From the NCBI RefSeq assembly GCF_004919095.1, contig NZ_STGJ01000017.1, forward strand, positions 13,275-45,274: 32,000 nucleotides of DNA, read 5' to 3'. This document shows positions 9,807-15,907 of the stretch, piece by piece; position 1 is the first letter of the stretch, and every line of letters starts with the position of its first letter. The translations under genes were made by a program, and so were the position numbers. This DNA comes from Crenobacter intestini. GTDB lineage: Bacteria > Pseudomonadota > Gammaproteobacteria > Burkholderiales > Chromobacteriaceae. Below the pieces are notes generated by a model, which did not search any database, was not told where the DNA came from, and saw only the letters and a program-made list of their open reading frames with translations.

Positions 9807-10565
9807 TTACTTGGCGGCGTTCACCATGTACTGCACGGCGGCCTTGAACTCGGCGTCCGGGCCGGCGAAGGTGCCCTTGGGCGGCATCGCGTTCAGGCCC
9901 TTGATGCCGGAGGCGACCAGCGCGTCCTCGCCCTTGGCGATGCGCGGCGCCCATGCGGCCTTGTCGCCGAACTTCGGCGCGCCGGCAACCCCTGCCGCGT
10001 GGCAGGCGACGCAAGCGGCGTCGTAGACCTTCTTGCCGACCACGGCCGGGTCGGCGGCTGCCACGGCTCCGGCCGGCGCGGATGCGCCTGCAGCGGCACC
10101 GGCTGCCGGCTCGGCAAACTTGGCACCACCGTTGTTGGCCATGTACACCACCGCACGCTTCACTTCGTCGTCGGTCAGGTCGGCACCACCGCCGCGCGCC
10201 GGCATCGCGTTGAAGCCGCCGATCGCGTGGGTGAACAGCGTCGCCTCGCCCTTGGCGATGCGCGGCGCCCAGGCCGCGGCGTCGCCGAACTTGGGCGAAC
10301 CGGCCAGGCCGGCCGCGTGGCAGGACGCGCACAGTGCCTTGTAGATGCCCTCGCCGGTACGCGAGCCCGGCGGGTCGCCGGCGACGGAATCGCCGACCGG
10401 CTTCAGGCGGGCGGCAACGGCTTCCTTGGTCATGACTTCTGCATTAACGTCAAAGCCGCTGGTGGCCAGCTTGGCCAACAGGTAAATCGCCACCACGACA
10501 AAGACGATGATGCCTACCAGCACCTTGATGATCTGTGCGGGAGCCATCTTGTTTTCGTTGCTCAT
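9807..10565 (-). CDS. Two-domain (diheme) cytochrome c5 family protein
   Basis: N-terminal TM (IIKVLVGIIVFVVVAIYLL) and two CxxCH sites (CASCHAAG, CVACHAAG) in two similar domains separated by an Ala-rich linker. Confidence 0.9.
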   Translation of the reverse strand: MSNENKMAPAQIIKVLVGIIVFVVVAIYLLAKLATSGFDVNAEVMTKEAVAARLKPVGDSVAGDPPGSRTGEGIYKALCASCHAAGLAGSPKFGDAAAWAPRIAKGEATLFTHAIGGFNAMPARGGGADLTDDEVKRAVVYMANNGGAKFAEPAAGAAAGASAPAGAVAAADPAVVGKKVYDAACVACHAAGVAGAPKFGDKAAWAPRIAKGEDALVASGIKGLNAMPPKGTFAGPDAEFKAAVQYMVNAAK

Positions 10566-10696
10566 ACAGCCTCGCCTGGAGAAATAAAATGACAATTACA
10601 ATCGCCAGCAATTATACGCAAACTGCATCGGCAAGGAAAGAAAACCATGCTGGACTGTAGGCTGAAGCTGGGCTATCATCGCGCCTCGATAGCACA

Positions 10697-10773
10697 GCAT
10701 CCGTAGCTCAGTTGGATAGAGTGTCAGTTTCCGAAGCTGAAGGTCACAGGTTCGATCCCTGTCGGGTGCGCCA
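10697..10773 (+). tRNA. tRNA-Arg(CCG), intact copy at the left (attL) junction
   Basis: GCATCCGTAGCTCAGTTGGATAGAGTGTCAGTTTCCGAAGCTGAAGGTCACAGGTTCGATCCCTGTCGGGTGCGCCA; acceptor and T arms pair, anticodon loop TTCCGAA, encoded CCA. Confidence 0.94.
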
Positions 10774-10782
10774 GATAAATCA
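10727..10782 (+). repeat. attL, 56-bp direct repeat
   Basis: GTTTCCGAAGCTGAAGGTCACAGGTTCGATCCCTGTCGGGTGCGCCAGATAAATCA, identical to 17644-17699. Confidence 0.95.
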
Positions 10783-10813
10783 GGGGGTTACGTCATTGCG
10801 GCGTAACCCCCTG
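10781..10813 (+). terminator. Hairpin directly after tRNA-Arg, probably brought in by the element
   Basis: 12-bp perfect stem CAGGGGGTTACG / CGTAACCCCCTG, loop TCATTGCGG, followed by TCCGTTTCC. No strong T-run. Confidence 0.55.
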
Positions 10814-10837
10814 TCCGTTTCCAGCCCTCAAAGCGTC

Positions 10838-10876
10838 AAACTGGGGGCAAACTGGGGTGCAGTTGGCGCAGGCTAC
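10838..10876 (+). repeat. Left copy of 39-bp subterminal direct repeat (candidate integrase arm sites)
   Basis: AAACTGGGGGCAAACTGGGGTGCAGTTGGCGCAGGCTAC matches 17492-17530 at 36/39 positions; contains tandem AAACTGGGG units. Confidence 0.85.
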
Positions 10877-10902
10877 AAAAAAAACCCGCCACTCGGGCGG
10901 GT
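10877..10902 (-). terminator. Terminator closing the element's minus-strand genes
   Basis: Stem ACCCGCC (10884-10890) / GGCGGGT (10896-10902); on the minus strand followed by 8 T. Confidence 0.8.
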
Positions 10903-11017
10903 CTGTCAGCAGCGGGTCAGCGGTCAGTTGGAGGTCGCCAACATAGCATTACTGGCTGTACGGTTTTGGCTACAAGTACACCCTCACCGCCTTGAGGATC
11001 GGTAAAAAGCCGCCAAG

Positions 11018-11188
11018 TTACCAGCGCGAGTCGGCTTGGGTCTGCACCGGCTCGACTGGCGCCCGACGCGATCCACTCGCCCAGGCTCGAACAGTCTGCG
11101 GCTGCACTCGGCTCAGCTTGGCTGCTTGCTGGTTCGTCAGCAGTGCTATCCGACTCGATGGCTGGAGGCACTGGTTTGTAGCCGCTAC
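11018..11188 (-). other. Short open frame encoding a helix-turn-helix-like peptide, no ATG/GTG/TTG start ahead of the domain (absent from the ORF track)
   Basis: Hand translation between stops: VAATNQCLQPSSRIALLTNQQAAKLSRVQPQTVRAWASGSRRAPVEPVQTQADSRW*; LTNQQAAKLSRVQPQTVRAWASGSRRAP matches the HTH pattern of small Xre/excisionase-like proteins. Confidence 0.45.
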
Positions 11189-11427
11189 TCAAAAGCAGGA
11201 CGGATGCCAGCAACAGAGGCCTCTGCAAACAGCAGCGAAAAGCCAATCTGATCCCAATGGATACGATAGCCACTCACTCGGTAATCATCGAACTGCTCAG
11301 CAGAGGCCTCAACCAGAGCAGGCAAGAGCGCCGACGGGTAGTGGAGCGCCGCTGCGTTTCCAGTGATGATTTTCACGAACCCATCTTCACGAACAACCGA
11401 AACATTCTGAGCCATTGCCATCTCCAT
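11185..11427 (-). CDS. Small protein resembling DUF2442 family
   Basis: 80-aa ORF; pattern DGFVKIITGNAAALHYPSALLPALVEAS...YRVSGYRIHWDQIGFSLLF resembles the DUF2442 'IHW..xDxD' tail. Recalled similarity only. Confidence 0.5.
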   Translation of the reverse strand: MEMAMAQNVSVVREDGFVKIITGNAAALHYPSALLPALVEASAEQFDDYRVSGYRIHWDQIGFSLLFAEASVAGIRPAFE

Positions 11428-11565
11428 TCGCCATTTGTTTGTCCTTCACTAATGGATTTAGCATATCCAAATGCACTTTCAACCCATGCGAGTTACCCTC
11501 GATTTGAGTGCCGCACTTTTTGTTTTGACCGCCCCAACCTCTAGAAAACCCTAGCTCGATAGACG

Positions 11566-11588
11566 CTCAAAAACCCGCCGAAGCGGGT
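11566..11588 (-). terminator. Terminator downstream of the 11605-11826 gene
   Basis: Stem ACCCGC (11573-11578) CGAA GCGGGT (11583-11588), followed on the minus strand by TTTTTG. Confidence 0.65.
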
Positions 11589-11604
11589 CTAGTTGGGTTA
11601 GCAG

Positions 11605-11826
11605 TCAGTCCTCGCGCAACCGGCGTGCCATGTGCCGAAGCAACGCTCGAAGCTCGGCTCGCTCGGCCTTGGCGGCCTTGGAGTACAACCCGTGCTTGGT
11701 CGAATTGCGGGCACTAGCGGCCTTTCCCTCTGCCGTCCTTGCGCCCGTGGATTTCGCCCAAGGTTGCCATTGCCGGATCAGCTCGGCCTGTTTTGCCCGT
11801 CGCTCGGGTGTCCAGCCATTGCTCAT
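11605..11826 (-). CDS. Phage/element-associated small protein (73 aa)
   Basis: MSNGWTPERRAKQAELIRQWQPWAKSTGARTAEGKAASARNSTKHGLYS..., a motif common in phage and island proteins; followed by a terminator. Confidence 0.7.
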   Translation of the reverse strand: MSNGWTPERRAKQAELIRQWQPWAKSTGARTAEGKAASARNSTKHGLYSKAAKAERAELRALLRHMARRLRED

Positions 11827-12352
11827 GTTCTCGATCCTCCAAAAGTTCGTTTGACTGCTTGCCGGATTTTCCCGTGCGCGCGGGCGGCAGGCCGTTGTTG
11901 ACCTGCTGCGGGCCACTGGTGATGTTGGCTTGGCGGGCGAACACCTTGGGCGCCGGCTGCTTGATCTCGGCCAGCGCCTCGACCGTCGAGCGGCATTGCG
12001 CCTGCGCCTTCAACGCCAGCTTCAGATCCACCTCGCGCCCCTTCTGGTGCGACGCCCCCAATGCGCGGCGGGTTAGGTCGCCGAACAGCTGGTCGAGCAC
12101 GACGGCCTGCGCGGTCAGCATCTTCTCCAGCGGCGTCAAATCCCCGGCAGACACCTGCGCGCCTAGCTCCTCGACGGCTTGCAGGCAGGCCGTCAGGTCT
12201 ACCCTCCCCTCGCCAAACAGACGGCCAGCCAGAATGTTTGTGCTTGCGGCTGCGCCGACCTGTCCCCCTGCTGCGGATCGGGCAAGCGCGTCCTCGTCGC
12301 GTTCGTCGTCAGCCTTGGTCAGCCGGAGCGGGGCATCTTTGCTGGTGGTCAT
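11714..12352 (-). CDS. Element-associated hypothetical protein (212 aa)
   Basis: Starts with ATGA overlap to the preceding gene; contains VFARQANITSGPQQVNNG..., a pattern seen in related integrative elements. Confidence 0.7.
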   Translation of the reverse strand: MTTSKDAPLRLTKADDERDEDALARSAAGGQVGAAASTNILAGRLFGEGRVDLTACLQAVEELGAQVSAGDLTPLEKMLTAQAVVLDQLFGDLTRRALGASHQKGREVDLKLALKAQAQCRSTVEALAEIKQPAPKVFARQANITSGPQQVNNGLPPARTGKSGKQSNELLEDREHEQWLDTRATGKTGRADPAMATLGEIHGRKDGRGKGR

Positions 12353-12795
12353 TGTTCCCCCCTTTTCGATGCCAGGATCACGGCCTCGGCTTCGGCCAGC
12401 GCCACGCGCAACGCCTCTGCGTCCGGCGCGGATTCGGCCACGATGGCGAAGCGCTCGCGGATGCGTTCCAGCAGGTCATCCATATCCAGCCGGGACTTGT
12501 AGCGCTCCATCAAGTCACGCACGGCGCCGACCAGATCATCGTCAATGATGACCCCGCCGCTATTGCCCCCGTTCGTGCCATCCAGCTTGTAGCGAAGGCT
12601 CACGCGCCTCGGCGGTGCCGGCGTCGGATCGTTGGCGGCAACCAGTGCGCGGATGATCTCGGGCTTGTACGCCTTCACAGACGCCATTGTCGGCGCCGGG
12701 ACAGCGGACGCTGGCCGGATGACCAGCACCCCGCCCTCGACCTTGATCGTCGCCCCGGCGTCGGCCACCTGCTTGATGATCTCGGCGGCGCTCAT
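12349..12795 (-). CDS. Small protein with TubC-docking-like N-terminus (148 aa)
   Basis: MSAAEIIKQVADAGATIKVEGGVLVIRPASAVPAPTMASVKAYKPEIIRALVA resembles the TubC_N docking fold pattern; C-terminus DLLERIRERFAIVAE...; ATGA overlaps with both neighbours. Confidence 0.65.
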   Translation of the reverse strand: MSAAEIIKQVADAGATIKVEGGVLVIRPASAVPAPTMASVKAYKPEIIRALVAANDPTPAPPRRVSLRYKLDGTNGGNSGGVIIDDDLVGAVRDLMERYKSRLDMDDLLERIRERFAIVAESAPDAEALRVALAEAEAVILASKRGEQ

Positions 12796-14651
12796 ATGCG
12801 AGCCTCGTCGCTGTTCGCGTCGTAGCCGGCCAGCCAGTCAGGGTCGGGCACGGCCTCCTCGTCCAAGTCGTCGTCCGCGTCGAAGTCGGTGTCGACGCCC
12901 CGAAGATGCTCAATTTTCCCGAAGGTGCTCATCTTTTTTTGTTGAGCATCTTCCCGTTTTCTTGAGCATCTTCCACTTTCGGCCTCTTTTTCGACGTAGG
13001 TGTCGGGCAGTCGCCAGTGCCACTGGCCATTGGCCAAGCCCTTCCCTTTCTCGGCTACCACGCCCAATGCGGTCTGCGCCCTGCGGATGGTCGCCCACGA
13101 ATAACCAGCGCCGTCAGCATCGGCCTTCACGGACTTTGAGGACACCGGCCCATCCTCCAGCAGCGAGCGCAAGAAGCGCTTGGCGTCGGCCAGCGTGCCG
13201 CCTTCACCATCGCCGGCAGGCTCTGGCGTCCCAAGTAGTTCGCGCGCCTCGCCTTCCAGCGCCTCGCCCCACATAACCCGCGATGCAAATACGCCGGGGT
13301 GATCGGCAAGCTCGACCTGTTCGAACTCGTAGGCGAAGCCGCCATGATCCTGTCCAATGTTGGACTTGGCACGTGCCAGCACCTGAGAGCGGTTGCCGTC
13401 GTCGTCCTCACGCTTCGCGGTCGCCAGCACCACACGCGCCAGCGCCGTGAAAGCGATCGACCCCGTAACGCGCTCGGCAGGGTCTTTGCCGCCCGTGCCT
13501 TTGCTGAAGTGCGTGATACCCACCAGCGCGCAGCCGATGGTGCCGGCCATCTCGACCAGCGGTTGCAGCGCACGGCGCACCTCGGTGTTCTTATGGGAGT
13601 CGCCACTCACGGCGGACACAACGGGATCAACAACCATCAGGCGGACGTCGCCGGCCTGCCTGACGGTTCGCTGCAACAGATCAAGGTCAGCGGCAGGGTC
13701 GAACGGTCGCACCTCATCAGGCGTCGAGCGGGTGCCCGTAACAAAGAACACTCTCGACAGGTCAGCGCCAGCCGCCATCAGACGCGGCACCAGCGTATCC
13801 TGCGGATCGTCCTCACCCGACCAGATCAACACGCTGCTACGCGCACAGCGGCTTCCATCCGGCCACCGTCCGCCCCGCGTCACCGTTGCGGCCATCGCCA
13901 TTGCGATAGTCGTCTTACCTGTCCCCGGCGCACCGGCCAAGATGTGCAGCTTCCCGCAAGCAAGCCAGCCATCCCACAACCAGCGGATCGGCTCAATCTT
14001 GATCTGGTCGGCGCGCACCAGTTCGACGCGAGCAGCTTCCGGCACCAGCGCCTCGGCCTCGACCATCGGCAGGTCATCCAGCGCCTCGATGCCGTACAGC
14101 GGCAGCCAGTCGGCCACGTCGCCACTCTCGGCAAGCTCCAGCTTATTGACGTCGACCACGCGCACCTCGGCGCCGATACGCGCCAGCTCCGGCAACAGGT
14201 CGGCCAGCCACTTTGCCCCGGGCTGGTCGTTGTCCGGCCAGACGATCACGCGCCGGCCTGACAGTGGCGTCCAGTCGGCGCCGGGTACGCTGGTCGCCCC
14301 GCCTGAAGTCGCCGCCAGCTTACCGGCGTCGGTCAGCACGGTGGCGCACTTCTCGCCCTCGACCAGCCACACCTCGTCGTCCTGGTGCGCGGCCAGCAGC
14401 GGCAGGTTCAGCAGTGGCTTCTTGCCCTCGAAGGTCGGCTCGCCTTGCTTCCAGCGGTCGCCGGCCAGATGGAACGGGCGGATGGTCTTGTCGGTCGCGG
14501 TGTCGATCCTGACGCGGGCGAACAGCAGGTCGCCGGCTGCGTCGAAGTAAGGCGACACCTGCCACTTGTTGTCAGGGTTGCGGGCACGCTTTACGGCAGC
14601 CAGCAGCGCCTGCTTGTGCTCGACGGGAAATCGCATGGTCAGCGAGGTCAT
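12792..14651 (-). CDS. TOPRIM domain + RepA-like AAA (AAA_25) helicase
   Basis: VWLVEGEKCATVL...RRVIVWPDNDQPG (TOPRIM) and KLHILAGAPGTGKTTIAMAMA...VLIWSGEDD...LMVVDPVVSAV...ITHFSKG (Walker A/B, RepA-like). Start M(TSLTMRFPV) at 14651. Confidence 0.88.
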   Translation of the reverse strand: MTSLTMRFPVEHKQALLAAVKRARNPDNKWQVSPYFDAAGDLLFARVRIDTATDKTIRPFHLAGDRWKQGEPTFEGKKPLLNLPLLAAHQDDEVWLVEGEKCATVLTDAGKLAATSGGATSVPGADWTPLSGRRVIVWPDNDQPGAKWLADLLPELARIGAEVRVVDVNKLELAESGDVADWLPLYGIEALDDLPMVEAEALVPEAARVELVRADQIKIEPIRWLWDGWLACGKLHILAGAPGTGKTTIAMAMAATVTRGGRWPDGSRCARSSVLIWSGEDDPQDTLVPRLMAAGADLSRVFFVTGTRSTPDEVRPFDPAADLDLLQRTVRQAGDVRLMVVDPVVSAVSGDSHKNTEVRRALQPLVEMAGTIGCALVGITHFSKGTGGKDPAERVTGSIAFTALARVVLATAKREDDDGNRSQVLARAKSNIGQDHGGFAYEFEQVELADHPGVFASRVMWGEALEGEARELLGTPEPAGDGEGGTLADAKRFLRSLLEDGPVSSKSVKADADGAGYSWATIRRAQTALGVVAEKGKGLANGQWHWRLPDTYVEKEAESGRCSRKREDAQQKKMSTFGKIEHLRGVDTDFDADDDLDEEAVPDPDWLAGYDANSDEARI

Positions 14652-15070
14652 CGGCCAGCCCTCCACGCACCAAGCGCCTGTGCAGCGGTCTTGAAGTCCT
14701 GTCCGGTCAAGCGCTGATGAAAGTCGAGCACGTCGCGGCAATGAACCCCACACCCGAAGCAATGGAACCCACCGTCCGCACGGTAGGCAATGGCGCTCGG
14801 CGTAGCGTCATCGTGGAACGGGCAGCGCACCAGCCAACCCTTGCTCGTAACCCTCATACCGTCGCCAAAGTGCTGACGATAAAAGTCGCCAGCCTCGGGC
14901 AGCAGATCGCGGCAGAATGCGCCGGTCGCGCTATAATTGGCAGGCATTTCCCTTGTGCGTGCGCCGTTCCGGTCCCTCTCCCCGGCGGCGCTTTTCTTTT
15001 TGCCGATCCCAAGCGCGACTCGGTATTTCAGAGTCGCCCTTACGGCGTCGAAAAAGTCGGTCAAATCCAT
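14648..15070 (-). CDS. CHC2 zinc-finger primase-like protein
   Basis: GWLVRCPFHDDATPSAIAYRADGGFHCFGCGVHCRDVLDFHQRLTG, the CHC2 zinc-binding domain; start MDLTDFF at 15070. Confidence 0.88.
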   Translation of the reverse strand: MDLTDFFDAVRATLKYRVALGIGKKKSAAGERDRNGARTREMPANYSATGAFCRDLLPEAGDFYRQHFGDGMRVTSKGWLVRCPFHDDATPSAIAYRADGGFHCFGCGVHCRDVLDFHQRLTGQDFKTAAQALGAWRAGR

Positions 15071-15209
15071 CCCCTCCAAATGATCAGCACGGCCAGCACA
15101 AGGCCGGCGCCCAGGTGGCTGGCAACGACAGCGCCAGCCAGCAGATCCAGCACAGCGCGCAGACACGCCAACCCCTGCGAAGCGAATCGCATACACATGG
15201 CTGGTGTCC

Positions 15210-15407
15210 TCAAGCTGCGGCGAATTGCGGGCGGGATTGCTCCCAGGCTTCAAGGTCGTCGATGCTGAACAGCGTCGCGGAGCCAAACTTGCGCGGCTTC
15301 GGGAACTCGGGATCAGTGGCAAGCCACCGGTAAACGGTCGTGCGCGTCACGCTGTAGCGTGCGGCGACTTGGGCGGGGCGGATGAATTTCTGGTCTGTAG
15401 AGATCAT
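15210..15407 (-). CDS. alpA: AlpA family DNA-binding regulator/excisionase-like
   Basis: 65-aa MISTDQKFIRPAQVAARYSVTRTTVYRWLATDPEFPKPRKFGSATLFSIDDLEAWEQS, typical AlpA family. Confidence 0.9.
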   Translation of the reverse strand: MISTDQKFIRPAQVAARYSVTRTTVYRWLATDPEFPKPRKFGSATLFSIDDLEAWEQSRPQFAAA

Positions 15408-15603
15408 AAAGCGCCTTATCTTGGTGCCAAGGCGGCAGCAAACGGCGACAGACGGCGCGAAACGGGGCTATGCAACTGCACATAACTAGTTGTAACATCC
15501 CGTAACTCGACGCTAGTCGGGTATTCCCTTCCAAGGAATGTGTGCTGGCCTTTGGCTGGTTACTGCGCCGTCCTCTGCGTCAACAGAGTCCTGCGCCAGA
15601 AAT

Positions 15604-15630
15604 GGCTGCCCAACTGGGCGGCCTTTTTTT
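15604..15630 (+). terminator. Plus-strand rho-independent terminator with no plus-strand gene upstream
   Basis: GGCTGCCC AACT GGGCGGCC TTTTTTT (8-bp stem with one G.U, 7 T). Confidence 0.75.
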
Positions 15631-15907
15631 GTGCCTGTATGTATCACCGGCAAACGAGATTGTACGGACTGTGCCCCACGCACGCCATCATTGACACGCA
15701 CGCCTTTCCCCGCCCGACGGCCTGTGACCAAACTGTGCCCACCCATGAACAGGCGAAGGGCTTTTGTTGGAAAACAAATGGCGCGGAATGGCGCATGCAA
15801 TTTGTTTTGTTGGTGTGCGCTTTTTTTCGTGCGCCCCTCCCATTCGGTGAAAAAAACCGGTCGGGGTGCCGCCTAAAGTGTTGTGTTTTAAATACAAGCC
15901 TAAAAAA

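Noticed and set aside
11185-11193. Programmed frameshift joining the DUF2442-like gene to the HTH frame
   Set aside because: At the junction, a -1 shift on TTT reads TGA directly and a +1 shift gives a different frame; no simple single-nucleotide slip produces the fusion.
10917-11273. 118-aa minus-strand ORF with hydrophobic N-terminus resembling a signal peptide
   Set aside because: Overlaps both the DUF2442-like gene and the HTH frame, lacks a lipobox Cys, no recognisable domain; not supported but cannot be fully excluded.
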